DNA from: Candidatus Latescibacterota bacterium
Lineage (GTDB): Bacteria; Latescibacterota; UBA2968; UBA8231
Direction: 5' to 3'
DNA length: 64,000 nucleotides
Assembly: GCA_965200315.1 (NCBI GenBank)
Contig: OZ241362.1
Span: 5,024,001-5,088,000 of the forward strand
Both the position numbers and the translations under genes were made by a program. This document shows positions 1 through 9,897 of the stretch, piece by piece (position 1 is the first letter of the stretch; each line of letters opens with the position of its first letter). The notes below the pieces were generated by a model, which worked only from the letters and a program-made list of their open reading frames with translations, did not search any database and had not been told where the DNA came from.

Positions 1-41
1 TGCCCTTCTACGACCCCGAGGACCAGCGGCAGAAGCTGTGA
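1..41 (+). CDS. 3' end of a gene, probably sarcosine oxidase alpha / GcvT-family aminomethyltransferase (partial)
   Basis: Frame from nt 3 reads PFYDPEDQRQKL*. PFYDP is the typical C-terminus of SoxA/GcvT-C proteins, and a gamma-like subunit lies at 7.9 kb. Confidence 0.5.
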   Translation, partial: PFYDPEDQRQKL

Positions 42-74
42 GGTTGTCGGGGCGGCGCTAGAAAAGGACGGGTC

Positions 75-2039
75 TTGCTCCGACAAGTACCGGCAGCCTA
101 TCGCCAGCGCGTAGTGCGCCGCGACCAGACCCCGGGCCGGGGTGTTACGGGCCGCGCCTTACTCACCGGCGGCGGCTTGGCGGCCCTCATCGCCATCGGC
201 GTGCCCTATGGGGGCCTGGTGGTGCAAGGGTCGCGGCTGGGGCTTTCGTCGGCCACGCCCGCGGCGTTTTTCTTGTTGTTCGCGCTGCTGGCGACCGTGC
301 AGGTGGCGCTGGGAGCTGTGCGGCGGGAGTGGGCGTTTGGCCGCGGCGAGTTGGTGACAATCTTTGCGATGATGGCGGTGGCCACGGCTATTCCCACGCG
401 CGGGGTGGTGGGAATGCTCCTGCCGATGATCACCGGCACCTTTTACTACGCCACCGCGGAAAACCAGTGGGCCGAGTTGCTTCATCCGCACTTGGCCGAC
501 TGGATGGTCGTCGCAGATATAGAGGCCATCAAGGCTTTCTACGAAGGCGCAGGACGGGATGCGCCAATCCCTTGGGATGCTTGGTTGGTGCCTTTGAGCC
601 GCTGGCTGGCGTTCTACGCGGCGTTTTATCTGGCTCTGATATGCCTGATGAATATCTTGCGGCGGCCGTGGGTCGATAACGAGCGGTTGGCCTATCCCTT
701 AGCGCAAGTGCCGCTGGCTATGATCCAAGGCGCGGAGGAAAGCCGGCTGGTGCCCTTTTTCCGCCAGCGCCTCGTCTGGCTGGGCTTGGCCATTCCCTTT
801 GCCCTCGGCAGCCTAGAGGCCCTGCATCACTACTTCCCCGCCCTACCCTCGCCCGTACTGGAGACGCGGCTGTCGCTGCTGAGGCAGATCGTCGTCTTGC
901 GTCTCGACGTCAACTTCCTGATGCTCGGCTTTGCCTACCTCATCGGCGTCCAACTCTCCTTTAGCCTTTGGATATTCTATCTGCTCCACGCCCTGCAAGA
1001 GGGCCTGCTCCGCAGCCTGCACCTGCACCACACCGCCGAGTTGGGGACGTGGTCCGATGCGGGGACGGGACACCAGATGATGGGGGCCTGCGCCGTGCTC
1101 GTCGTTTATGGCCTGTGGACGGCCCGCGCCCATCTGGCCGAGGTTGGACGCCGCTTTTTGCGCCCGGCAAAAGACGAAGGAGAAATGGCGTCCTATCGCT
1201 TCTCAGTCGTCGGCTTGCTCTTGGGTGCGGCGGGCATGGTGCTGTGGCTGTGGCGGAGCGGGTTGCCGCTGTGGATCGCCGCGCTGGTGGTGGTGGTGGC
1301 ACTGGGTCTTTTGGTCGCGCTGACGCGCATCGTCGCCGAGGCCGGTACGCCCACCATTACGCCGGGCATGGTCCCCGCTGGGTTTGCCGTCAGTGCCGTC
1401 GGGGTGCCGGCCTTGGGGGTGCCGGGCGTGGTGGCATTGGGCTATACCTTCGTGTGGATCGGCGACCTGCTGGTTTTTATGACGGCTCCCTTGGCCAATA
1501 GCCTGCGCTTGGGCAGCGAATTGGCCGGTGACCGCCGCCGGTTGCTGTGGGGTTTGGCCGCGGCCATGCTCATCAGCCTTGTGCTATCGACTTGGTACAC
1601 GCTGCGCTTGGCCTATACGCACGGAGCGGTCAACCTCCACCAGCAGTACTTTTCCACCTTTGCGGCCGAGCCTTCCAAGTTCGCCGCGCAAAAACTACTC
1701 CATCCCACCGGCCCGGACGCCATTGGCTGGCTGTGGACCGGCGGTGGTGCGCTGCTGATGAGTGCGCTGATTGGTGCGCGCAACCACTGGGCTTGGTGGC
1801 CGCTGCATCCGTTGGGCTTTGCCGCGAGTATGGGCTGGGTCATGGACCATATTTGGTGCTCGATTTTTCTCGCTTGGTTCGTCAAGAATCTGGTGCTCCG
1901 CTTTGGGGGTGCGGCCCTCTACCACAAGACGGTGCCCTTCTTCCTCGGCATAGCCCTCGGCCAGATCGTCACGGCGGGGGTCTGGCTCATCGTCGATGGG
2001 TTCACTGGGGCGGTGGGCAACCGTCTGCCAGTGTATTAA
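75..2039 (+). CDS. Polytopic membrane protein, DUF6785/DUF6784-like (OPT-related putative transporter), paralog 1
   Basis: 654 aa with many hydrophobic helices. Motifs PWDAW, W..NERLAYPL, WWPLHPLG and LRFGG..LY are shared with 11710-13593 and 44640-46655. TTG start uncertain. Confidence 0.75.
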   Translation: MLRQVPAAYRQRVVRRDQTPGRGVTGRALLTGGGLAALIAIGVPYGGLVVQGSRLGLSSATPAAFFLLFALLATVQVALGAVRREWAFGRGELVTIFAMMAVATAIPTRGVVGMLLPMITGTFYYATAENQWAELLHPHLADWMVVADIEAIKAFYEGAGRDAPIPWDAWLVPLSRWLAFYAAFYLALICLMNILRRPWVDNERLAYPLAQVPLAMIQGAEESRLVPFFRQRLVWLGLAIPFALGSLEALHHYFPALPSPVLETRLSLLRQIVVLRLDVNFLMLGFAYLIGVQLSFSLWIFYLLHALQEGLLRSLHLHHTAELGTWSDAGTGHQMMGACAVLVVYGLWTARAHLAEVGRRFLRPAKDEGEMASYRFSVVGLLLGAAGMVLWLWRSGLPLWIAALVVVVALGLLVALTRIVAEAGTPTITPGMVPAGFAVSAVGVPALGVPGVVALGYTFVWIGDLLVFMTAPLANSLRLGSELAGDRRRLLWGLAAAMLISLVLSTWYTLRLAYTHGAVNLHQQYFSTFAAEPSKFAAQKLLHPTGPDAIGWLWTGGGALLMSALIGARNHWAWWPLHPLGFAASMGWVMDHIWCSIFLAWFVKNLVLRFGGAALYHKTVPFFLGIALGQIVTAGVWLIVDGFTGAVGNRLPVY

Positions 2040-2068
2040 TTTTTGTTGACGGGAGTAAGGACCTGAGC

Positions 2069-2383
2069 GTGCAGAACGGTATGCGACCGGTGCATCCGGG
2101 CGAGATATAGCCGTCCTACATGCGTTGCAAGCGTGGCATCGTCTTCGCGGCGTTGTGGGCCGTAGGCCGGCGGGTGAGACGCTCGCGCACCCAGCCTATG
2201 AAGGACGTAGGCTTGCTATATGGTGCGAGGCATTCGAGACGCTCGGCCCGTCGGCTAAGGCGCTGGATGTGTCGCCGCGATCCGCAACGATCAGCGCGAC
2301 GTAACCGCGGCTGGTTGAACTTGCACAAGACCTACGAGTTGCGCTGCGCCGAGCGCGTACAACCTCGGCGGATAATGGCGTAG
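2069..2383 (+). pseudogene. higA: Degenerate HigA antitoxin
   Basis: VQNGMRPVHPGEI* (2069-2110), then ETLGPSAKALDVS (~2237) and WLNLHKTYELRCAE in discontinuous frames. Compare intact HigA at 41414 (VHPGE...FWLNLQ). Confidence 0.7.
2162..2199. repeat. REP-like palindrome (GTAGGC...GGGTG...CACCC.GCCTAT) inside the broken higA
   Basis: Nested inverted arms taggc/gccta and gggtg/caccc with a GTAG start. Confidence 0.4.
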
Positions 2384-2386
2384 AGG

Positions 2387-3964
2387 ATGCAAAACGCGAT
2401 GACGACAACGCGACGGACACCCGCCAACGGGGCGACCACCGGCTACGAGGCCGAGCTGTGGCGGATGGCCGACGCCCTGCGGGGCAGCATGGACGCGGCC
2501 GAGTACAAGCACATCGTCCTCGGCCTCATTTTTCTCAAGTACATCTCCGATGCTTTCGAGGAAGCATATATCCGGCTGGAGTCGGAGCGCAGCGAAGGGG
2601 CCGATCCCGAAGACCCGGACGAATATCGTGCCGAGAACGTTTTCTGGGTGCCTGTTGAGGCCCGCTGGTCTCGTCTCAAGAAATGTGCGCGACAGCCCGC
2701 CATCGGCGAAGCCGTGGACGCGGCCATGGCCGGCATTGAGCGCGACAACCCCGCCCTCAAGGATGTGCTGCCCAAGGATTACGCCCGTCCCGTGTTGGAC
2801 AAGCAGCGCCTTGGACAGCTCATAGATCTCGTGAGCAATATCACCGTCGGCGACGCCGAGGCTCGCTCTAAGGACGTGCTGGGCCGGGTGTATGAGTACT
2901 TCCTCTCTCAGTTTGCCAGTGCCGAAGGCAAGCGAGGCGGCGAGTTCTATACCCCGCGCAGCGTAGTCAAGCTCCTAGTCGAGATGCTGGAGCCTTACCG
3001 AGGCCGGGTCTATGACCCGTGCTGTGGCTCCTCGGGCATATTCGTCCAGTCGGTCGAATTCATCGAAGCCCACGCCTCGGGCAACGGCAATGGCAACAGG
3101 GCCCGTGCTGATATCTCCATCTACGGTCAGGAGTCTAACTACACCACTTGGCGGCTGGCCAAGATGAACTTGGCGATCCGAGGCATTGAGGGGAAGATTG
3201 CTCACGGCGACAGCTTTCACAATGACGGCCATCCCGACCTGAAGGCCGACTTCATTCTCGCCAACCCGCCGTTCAATATCTCTGATTGGGGCGGCGAGCG
3301 TCTGCAAGACGACCAACGCTGGCAATTCGGGACACCGCCGAAGGGCAACGCCAACTTCGCTTGGGTGCAGCATATCGTCTATCACCTCGCGCCCACGGGC
3401 GCGGCGGGCTTTGTGTTGGCCAATGGTTCTATGTCGTCCAACCAGTCGAGCGAGGGCACCATCCGCAAGAGCCTGATCGAAGCCGATCTGGTGGACTGTA
3501 TGGTCGCGTTGCCCGGCCAGCTTTTCTACTCGACCCAGATACCGGCCTGCCTCTGGTTTTTGTCCCGCGATCGCGCCTGCCGGGGCGAGATTCTGTTTAT
3601 CGACGCGAGGAAGCTCGGTTTGATGGTCGATCGCACCCACCGCGATTTTGCCCCAGAGGACATCGCCCGCATCGCCCGTGCGTATCGCGCTTGGCGCGGC
3701 GAGGAGGGCGCGGGTGCCTACGCAGATGTGCCCGGCTTTTGCAAGAGCGCGTCGCGGGCCGAAGTCCGCCAGCACGGGTACATCCTCACGCCGGGGCGCT
3801 ATGTTGGGGCCGAGGTGCCGGAGGACGATGGCGAGCCTTTCGCCGAGAAGATGCAGCGGCTTGCGGCGCAGTGGCGGGAACAGCAGGCCGAGGGGCAAAG
3901 GTTGGACGCGGCTATTGAGGCGAACTTGGAGAAGTTGGGGTTTGGAGAAAGGGGATGTGTATGA
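2387..3964 (+). CDS. hsdM: Type I restriction-modification methyltransferase subunit M
   Basis: LW..AD.LRG..DAAEYKH N-terminus, [14 protein letters not shown] (SAM binding), NPPF catalytic motif. Confidence 0.95.
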   Translation: MQNAMTTTRRTPANGATTGYEAELWRMADALRGSMDAAEYKHIVLGLIFLKYISDAFEEAYIRLESERSEGADPEDPDEYRAENVFWVPVEARWSRLKKCARQPAIGEAVDAAMAGIERDNPALKDVLPKDYARPVLDKQRLGQLIDLVSNITVGDAEARSKDVLGRVYEYFLSQFASAEGKRGGEFYTPRSVVKLLVEMLEPYRGRVYDPCCGSSGIFVQSVEFIEAHASGNGNGNRARADISIYGQESNYTTWRLAKMNLAIRGIEGKIAHGDSFHNDGHPDLKADFILANPPFNISDWGGERLQDDQRWQFGTPPKGNANFAWVQHIVYHLAPTGAAGFVLANGSMSSNQSSEGTIRKSLIEADLVDCMVALPGQLFYSTQIPACLWFLSRDRACRGEILFIDARKLGLMVDRTHRDFAPEDIARIARAYRAWRGEEGAGAYADVPGFCKSASRAEVRQHGYILTPGRYVGAEVPEDDGEPFAEKMQRLAAQWREQQAEGQRLDAAIEANLEKLGFGERGCV

Positions 3965-5691
3965 ACACAGGCGATATCAAACGCCAACTCGATTTAGGTG
4001 AGGATAGCTACTGGGAGTTCAAGCAGGTCGAGTTCCGCGCCGACCGTCTGACAGCACCAAAACGAGACAACTTGGCAGATGAAATAGCGGCTTTTGCCAA
4101 TGCCGGCGGTGGTGTGCTGCTCTGTGGTGTCACTGATGACGGTGCAGTACAGGGCATGTCGCGAGAACAAATGAACGCTTTGGAACGCATAGTCGTCGAG
4201 TTGTGTTCCCACTCGATCAAGCCACCGCTCTTTGACATAACCACTACTCGCCATGAACTCGACGACAAAGCATTGTTGGCCGTCTCAGTAGCCAAAGGCA
4301 CCGCGCAGCACGACAGTCCGGGTGGAAGCTTCCGGCGCGTCGGTAGTTCCAAACGACAGATGGCCCGCGACGAGCGAATGCGCTTGGCGCAACAGCGCAG
4401 CCAAGCGCTTTATCGCTGGTTCGACGAGCAGCCCGTGCCGAATACCGGATTCCGTACGCTGGACGAAACACTCTGGAAACCGCTGCTCAGCGTGGGCGGG
4501 CGGGCCGATCCCGAAACGGCCTTGGAAAAACTCGCACTGTTGGGCCGGGACGAGAACGGAGCAATGCGAGCCACGGTGGCGGGGATTCTCCTGTGTACCT
4601 ACGCGCCTGAGCAGTGGCTTCCCAACGCTTGCATTACTGCGACCCACTATCGCGGCACTGATCGCGCCTCTGGGCAACTCGACACACAGACGGTTACTGG
4701 CCCGCTCAACCGACAAATTGCCGAAGCGGTCGCCTTTGCCGTGAGCAACATGCGCGTCGGAGCATATAAAGACCCGGCGCGCATGGACTTGCCACAGTAC
4801 AGCGCAGCGGCCCTGTTTGAGGCTATCACCAATGCCGTGGCCCACCGCGATTATTCGATGCACGGCAGCCGGATTCGCCTGTCCATGTTCGCCGACCGAG
4901 TGGAAATTCAGTCGCCCGGTGCCTTGGCCAATAGTCTGACGGTGGATGGGTTGGAATATCGGCAGGCCACGCGCAACGAGGTGCTTGCCTCGGTTTTTGG
5001 CCGGATGCCGACCAGTGGTATCCAAGGGGCTGGTGGCCGGCTTTTCATCATGGAGCGGCGCGGCGATGGCGTCCCTATCATCCGGCGAGAAACCCGTGAG
5101 CTCGCTGGTCGCCTGCCGCGTTTCGATCTGGTTGGGGGTGCCGACCTTCGCGTCACCCTACCGGCGGCCTCCACCGAGCCGAGCCCGGCCCGCGTGCTCA
5201 TTACCGTGCGTACCGGCGACCAGCCGCTTGCCAATGCGGAGGTCTTGGTGCTGTTCCCGAACAAGACTTGGAAACAGGCCACGACGGATGCACTGGGCCA
5301 AGCCCTTATCGGCCTGCATACGGTTGAGCTGCCGATGACCGTGTTCGCCGCTGCCCACGGCTTTGCCGCGCACTGCGAACGCGAGTGGATGCCCTCAGAA
5401 GGTACGCTCACCATTGAACTTAAACCGCTTCCCGGCGGCGGTGCCGTCATTCTGTCCGAAGCTAGCGGCCAAATTCCAGGGCTGAAAGGATCGCTGAATC
5501 CGATTCGAGATCCCCTCGACCGGATCTATCTCTACGCTTCAAACATCGCCATCAACCAAGGTCAGCAGCAGCCGGTGCATTTTGTGCTCGGCGAAGACCT
5601 GCGGCTCACCGATGTCAATGGCATCGAGATGACTGGGCGGATCGTGGAGATTGTGGGACGGTCGGCCCTCGTGGAGTATCTTAGGGAATAG
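3961..5691 (+). CDS. Schlafen/AlbA_2 DNA-binding domain protein with RecG-C-like (HATPase_c_4) domain and a C-terminal extension
   Basis: [54 protein letters not shown]-coupled to hsdM. Confidence 0.85.
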   Translation: MNTGDIKRQLDLGEDSYWEFKQVEFRADRLTAPKRDNLADEIAAFANAGGGVLLCGVTDDGAVQGMSREQMNALERIVVELCSHSIKPPLFDITTTRHELDDKALLAVSVAKGTAQHDSPGGSFRRVGSSKRQMARDERMRLAQQRSQALYRWFDEQPVPNTGFRTLDETLWKPLLSVGGRADPETALEKLALLGRDENGAMRATVAGILLCTYAPEQWLPNACITATHYRGTDRASGQLDTQTVTGPLNRQIAEAVAFAVSNMRVGAYKDPARMDLPQYSAAALFEAITNAVAHRDYSMHGSRIRLSMFADRVEIQSPGALANSLTVDGLEYRQATRNEVLASVFGRMPTSGIQGAGGRLFIMERRGDGVPIIRRETRELAGRLPRFDLVGGADLRVTLPAASTEPSPARVLITVRTGDQPLANAEVLVLFPNKTWKQATTDALGQALIGLHTVELPMTVFAAAHGFAAHCEREWMPSEGTLTIELKPLPGGGAVILSEASGQIPGLKGSLNPIRDPLDRIYLYASNIAINQGQQQPVHFVLGEDLRLTDVNGIEMTGRIVEIVGRSALVEYLRE

Positions 5692-5695
5692 ACCG

Positions 5696-6112
5696 ATGAT
5701 CGATTATGAAAACTTTGGCAAGGCTCTGAAGAATCTTGAGTTGCAGTACGACAACTACAAGAATCTGGACGATGAACTGCCGGAACGTACAAAAGAGGCT
5801 GTACCTGAGTCCGTGATTCAGCGATTTGAAGTTTGCTACGATACGATGTGGAAGATATTAAAGCGCTATCTGCAAGAAGTATTGGGGCTTGCTGAAGTTC
5901 CCAGCAGCCCCAGGCCGATCTTGCGTCTAGCCGATTCCAATAATCTGCTTTCGTCTCCTTTTGCCCAATGGGACCAATACATACGAGCTCGCATTGATAC
6001 CACCCACGACTATAGTGGGGAGGAAGCAGAGAAGGCTCTTGGAATTGTGGGTGCTTTTATTGACGACGCCATCGGGCTTTACGAGACCATGACGGGGGAG
6101 ACTTGGGAATGA
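5696..6112 (+). CDS. HI0074-family nucleotidyltransferase substrate-binding (HEPN) protein
   Basis: IQRFEVCYDTMWK.LKRYL, SPRPILR and RIDTTHDY (RxxxxH). Paired with the downstream MNT. Confidence 0.85.
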   Translation: MIDYENFGKALKNLELQYDNYKNLDDELPERTKEAVPESVIQRFEVCYDTMWKILKRYLQEVLGLAEVPSSPRPILRLADSNNLLSSPFAQWDQYIRARIDTTHDYSGEEAEKALGIVGAFIDDAIGLYETMTGETWE

Positions 6113-6468
6113 CCGATGCTATTGACATCAGCGTTGGCGATCACAAGTTGGTCCTTGGCTTGTTGAAACAACATCTGCCCAATGTCGTCGTGTGGGCGTA
6201 TGGTTCCCGGGTCAAGTGGACTGCACGACCGCAGTCTGACTTGGATTTGGTTGCTTTTGCTTCGGGCGAACAGCAAGCGGCCGTGTTCAATCTAAGGGAA
6301 GCCCTAAAAGAGAGCAGTCTGCCGTTTCCGGTGGACTTGTTTATTTGGGATGAGTTGCCGGAGTCGTTTCGGAAACGGATTGAAGCCGAGCATGTGGTGT
6401 TGCAAGAGCCTGAGGTCCAGATATCGCCGCCGCCGATGACGAGGCCGATGCGGGCGAAGACGACTTAA
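6109..6468 (+). CDS. Minimal nucleotidyltransferase (MNT antitoxin-like); last ~19 codons are foreign DNA
   Basis: WAYGSR...SDLDL and LPFPVDL motifs. The tail 6408-6466 is identical to 12703-12761. Confidence 0.85.
   Translation: MTDAIDISVGDHKLVLGLLKQHLPNVVVWAYGSRVKWTARPQSDLDLVAFASGEQQAAVFNLREALKESSLPFPVDLFIWDELPESFRKRIEAEHVVLQEPEVQISPPPMTRPMRAKTT
6408..6466 (+). repeat. 59-bp exact copy of 12703-12761
   Basis: gcctgaggtccagatatcgccgccgccgatgacgaggccgatgcgggcgaagacgactt occurs at both positions. Confidence 0.95.
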
Positions 6469-6471
6469 TCC

Positions 6472-7164
6472 GTGCTGGCCAAGAGTGCCCCCAGCGATGC
6501 CCGGTCCGAGGAGGATATGGACCACGCGGTGCGCCAGCTTATCTCGCGGGCCGTGGCCTCCGAGGAGGTGATGGACATCTTCGCCGCGGCCGGGCTAGCG
6601 AAGCCGGACCTCTCCGTACTATCAGACGAATTTTTAGCCGAGGTACAGGGGATGCCGCAGCGCAATCTCGCCGTGGAGTTGTTACAAAAGCTGCTCAAGG
6701 GCGAACTCACTACTCGTCGGCGGAAGAACGTGGTGCAAGCGCGCTCCTTTGCCGAGATGCTAGCGCACACGCTACGCCGCTATCAGAATCGGGCCATCGA
6801 AGCCGCGCAGGTGATCGAGGAACTCATTGGGCTTGCTAAAGAAATGCGCGAGGCCGATGCCCGCGGCGAGCAATTGGGTCTTAGCGAAGACGAGTTGGCC
6901 TTGTACGACGCACTGGAGACCAACGATAGCGCCGTCCAAGTCTTGGGCGACGAGGCCCTGTGCCGCATAGCCCGCGAACTCGTCGAGACCGTCCGCAACA
7001 ACGTCACCATCGACTGGGTACTGAGGGAGAACGTGCGGGCGAAGTTGCGCGTGATGGTCAAGCGCACCCTGAGACGCCACGGCTTTCCGCCGGACCAGCA
7101 GGAAAAGGCCACGCAGACCGTCTTGGCGCAGGCCGAAGTGCTGTCGGCCGGGTGGGTGGCCTAG
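6472..7164 (+). pseudogene. hsdR: C-terminal fragment (DUF3387-like) of type I restriction endonuclease subunit R
   Basis: [62 protein letters not shown]. Nuclease and helicase domains are absent. Confidence 0.88.
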
Positions 7165-7171
7165 GCCCTGT

Positions 7172-7200
7172 TTGAAAGAAAGGCAAAAAAGCCTTACCTT
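7172..7200 (+). promoter_or_regulatory. Putative sigma70 promoter with an operator palindrome for the AbrB-PIN pair
   Basis: TTGAAA (7172-7177), 17 nt, TACCTT (7195-7200). Inverted repeat AAGGC-N6-GCCTT (7180-7195) lies in the spacer. Confidence 0.45.
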
Positions 7201-7231
7201 TGGCGAAATTAGCCCACTAGGAGTCAGAGCC

Positions 7232-7483
7232 ATGACCATCACGCTGACAGTCACCGCTAAGGGGCAGATCACGCTCCGCAAAGAGGTCCTCAAGCATCTC
7301 GGGGTACAGCCCGGAGATAAGCTCCATGTCGATTTATTGCAGAACGGGCGGATGCAGATCAGGCCGAAGCGTGGGACACCGGCTGCGACGATCTTCGGCC
7401 TGCTTGCCCAACCAAGCACGTCGCCTCTCTCTATTGACGAGCTAAACGAGATGGCCGCGACCGGATGGGCGGGTGAGGAATGA
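7232..7483 (+). CDS. AbrB/MazE/SpoVT-family antitoxin
   Basis: LTVTAKGQITLRKEVLKHLGVQPGDKL; AGGAG RBS before ATG 7232. Confidence 0.88.
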   Translation: MTITLTVTAKGQITLRKEVLKHLGVQPGDKLHVDLLQNGRMQIRPKRGTPAATIFGLLAQPSTSPLSIDELNEMAATGWAGEE

Positions 7484-7890
7484 AGATCACGGCTGACACA
7501 AACGTCTTGGCGCGTATAGTCATGCAAGATGACGCAGACCAGGCCGCCGCCGCCCAAGCGCTGTTCAATCAGGCGACGGTCATAGCCATACCCGTTCCAG
7601 TATTCTGTGAGTTTGTTTGGGTGCTCAAGCGCGGATACGCTTTCAGTGCCCCTGACATCGCCGCGGCAATTGAGGTGATTGTCGAAGTCGAGGTGGTCGT
7701 TACGGATCGACCGGCGGTTGAGGCGGGACTAACCGCTTTGCGGGCAGGCGGGGACTTTGCCGACGGTGCCCTCGCCTATCAAGGCGAGCGGCTGGGCGGG
7801 GCTATGTTCGCGAGTTTTGATCGCCAGGCCGTTGCTCTTTTGCAAAACGGGGGAGCGGCCGCGGCCGATCCAGCGGAGTTGATTGCCTGA
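7480..7890 (+). CDS. vapC: PIN-domain (VapC-like) toxin
   Basis: DTNVLAR, CEFVWVL, DFADG and SFDR PIN motifs; ATGA-coupled to the antitoxin. Confidence 0.88.
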   Translation: MKITADTNVLARIVMQDDADQAAAAQALFNQATVIAIPVPVFCEFVWVLKRGYAFSAPDIAAAIEVIVEVEVVVTDRPAVEAGLTALRAGGDFADGALAYQGERLGGAMFASFDRQAVALLQNGGAAAADPAELIA

Positions 7891-7907
7891 TGCTTGGCCA
7901 TCCTGCT

Positions 7908-8468
7908 ATGACCACGACGCGCCAAAGCCCGATCGCCCATCTCGTCGCCGACTCATCAGCAGCGGTGCAGACCGCTTTGCACCATCCGGTTGCTATGGTC
8001 AAGCTCGGGGCCAAAGGACCGCGCTTGGTCGAGTGGGCCGAGCAGCACGCCCTCGCCTTGCCGGCGCGGCTCTACGACACGAGGCCCGTGGGCGCGGATG
8101 GGGTTTTGGCGCGGGTGGGGGCTGGCGAACTGATCTTGGAATGCCGGCCCGAAGACGAGTGCTGGGCGCGTCTGAACGCGGCGTTGGAGGCTGCGGAGGC
8201 CGGGGTCTATCGAGTGGAGCAGCAGTCGGCGACCTTGGTGGTGCAAGGGGATGATGCCGAGCGCATTTTGGCGCAGGCTTGCGCGGTGGATTGGGCCGGT
8301 GCGCCAGCAGGGCGGATGGTGTACACGCAAGTGGCCGGGGCGGCTTGTGGGGTGCTGCCGCAAGGGGAAAAGTACCGCCTGTGGGTCGATTACAGCTTAG
8401 CGGCCTATCTGTGGGAAGCGCTCGCGGCCATTGCCGAGGATGTTACTTGCGCCAAAACGCCGGACTGA
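7908..8468 (+). CDS. Sarcosine oxidase gamma-subunit-like protein
   Basis: G..A..ILAQACAVD, MVYTQVAG and LWVDYSLAAYLWEAL resemble SoxG. Start could be 7890. Confidence 0.6.
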   Translation: MTTTRQSPIAHLVADSSAAVQTALHHPVAMVKLGAKGPRLVEWAEQHALALPARLYDTRPVGADGVLARVGAGELILECRPEDECWARLNAALEAAEAGVYRVEQQSATLVVQGDDAERILAQACAVDWAGAPAGRMVYTQVAGAACGVLPQGEKYRLWVDYSLAAYLWEALAAIAEDVTCAKTPD

Positions 8469-9891
8469 ACAGCACCAAGAGCGTAAAAACCTCCAGCCGC
8501 CCAATCAGCATGGCAAAGCAGAGGATCCACTTGGCGACCGAATTGATGTCGCCGTAGTGGTGAACGACTTGCCCTAGGCCTGGCCCTAGGTTGTTGATGC
8601 AGGCGGCTACCGCTGAAAAAGACGTAGGCAGATCCAAGTTGGTGGCGAGCACGGCGATGAACATGATCGTGAACGTCAGCACGTACACCGAGAAAAACCC
8701 CCACACCGCTTCCATGACCCGATCGGGAACCGACCGCTGCCCCACCTTGATGGGCAAAACGGCGTTGGGGTGGATCAGGCGCGTGATCTCTCGGCTCCCC
8801 TGCTTTAGGATGAGCAACAGGCGCATCACTTTTATACCCCCGGCCGTTGATCCAGCGCAGCCGCCGACAAACGAGCCGAGGAACAACAAAAACGGCAGCA
8901 CGCTGGGCCAGACCGAATGGTCCGCAATGCTAAATCCCGTGGTGGTGACAATAGATACAGTGGCGAAGAGGCCGTAGCGCAGGGATGCACCGGCGTCGTG
9001 CTCGTTGTGCATGAAGAGTATCAGCGAGGCGATTAGGATGGTGGTTAGCAGAATGGCTAGGTACGTGCGGCATTCAGGGTCGATGCGATACGGATGCAGA
9101 GATTGCTGGCGAAAGGCGTAAAAGTGCAGCGTGAAGTTGATGCCTGATAGTACGATAAAAAAGACGGCGACCAGCTCGATGGCTTGGCTGTTAAAAAAGC
9201 CGATGCTGGCGTCGTGGGTGGAAAAACCGCCGATGGCAACCGTTGAAAAGCTGTGGGCGATAGCGTCGAAGGGTTCCATGCCGGCCAGCCAATAGGCTAG
9301 GGCACAGGCCACAGTTAAGCTCAAGTAGATGAACCAAAGGGCCTTGGCGGTCTGGGTGATCCTCGGCGTCAGCTTTGAATCCTTGATGGGGCCGGTGATC
9401 TCGGCGCGAAAAAGCTGCATGCCGCCGATGCCGAGCATGGGCAATACGGCAATGGCGAGGACGATGATGCCCATGCCGCCCAACCACTGGAGCTGCTGGC
9501 GGTATAACAAAATGGATCGGGGCAGGTCGTCTAGCCCTTGGATGACGGTGGCACCGGTCGTGGTTAAGCCAGAGAGGGACTCGAATACGGCGTCGGTAAA
9601 GCTTAGTTCAAGCTGGGCGGACAGCATTAGCGGGAAGGAGCCGTAAAAGCCCAAAACGGCCCAGAACAAGACCGTTATCAAAAAGCCGTCCCGAATCCGC
9701 AACTCGGCGTGCTGTTTGCGCAAGGGTAGCCAGCACGCCAGCCCGGTGGCGAGCGTAATGGCAAAGGCCAATAGAAAGGCGTTTGCCGTGCCGTCGCGAT
9801 AGAGGAGGGATACGCCAGCGGGCACTAACATGGTGCCGCTGAACAGCGTCAGCAGGATGCCTAGTACTCGAAATACAACTGCGGCGCGCAT
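8443..9891 (-). CDS. trkH: Trk potassium uptake permease
   Basis: [53 protein letters not shown]. Confidence 0.96.
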   Translation of the reverse strand: MRAAVVFRVLGILLTLFSGTMLVPAGVSLLYRDGTANAFLLAFAITLATGLACWLPLRKQHAELRIRDGFLITVLFWAVLGFYGSFPLMLSAQLELSFTDAVFESLSGLTTTGATVIQGLDDLPRSILLYRQQLQWLGGMGIIVLAIAVLPMLGIGGMQLFRAEITGPIKDSKLTPRITQTAKALWFIYLSLTVACALAYWLAGMEPFDAIAHSFSTVAIGGFSTHDASIGFFNSQAIELVAVFFIVLSGINFTLHFYAFRQQSLHPYRIDPECRTYLAILLTTILIASLILFMHNEHDAGASLRYGLFATVSIVTTTGFSIADHSVWPSVLPFLLFLGSFVGGCAGSTAGGIKVMRLLLILKQGSREITRLIHPNAVLPIKVGQRSVPDRVMEAVWGFFSVYVLTFTIMFIAVLATNLDLPTSFSAVAACINNLGPGLGQVVHHYGDINSVAKWILCFAMLIGRLEVFTLLVLFSPAFWRK

Positions 9892-9897
9892 GCGTTC

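Noticed and set aside
2108-2110. TAG read-through (pyrrolysine/recoding) in higA
   Set aside because: Downstream HigA similarity is interrupted by foreign sequence and frame changes, which fits decay better.
5684-6118. Near-repeat gggaat(a)gaccgatg at the starts of the HEPN and MNT genes
   Set aside because: About 14 bp overlapping stop/start signals; could be chance or coding constraint.
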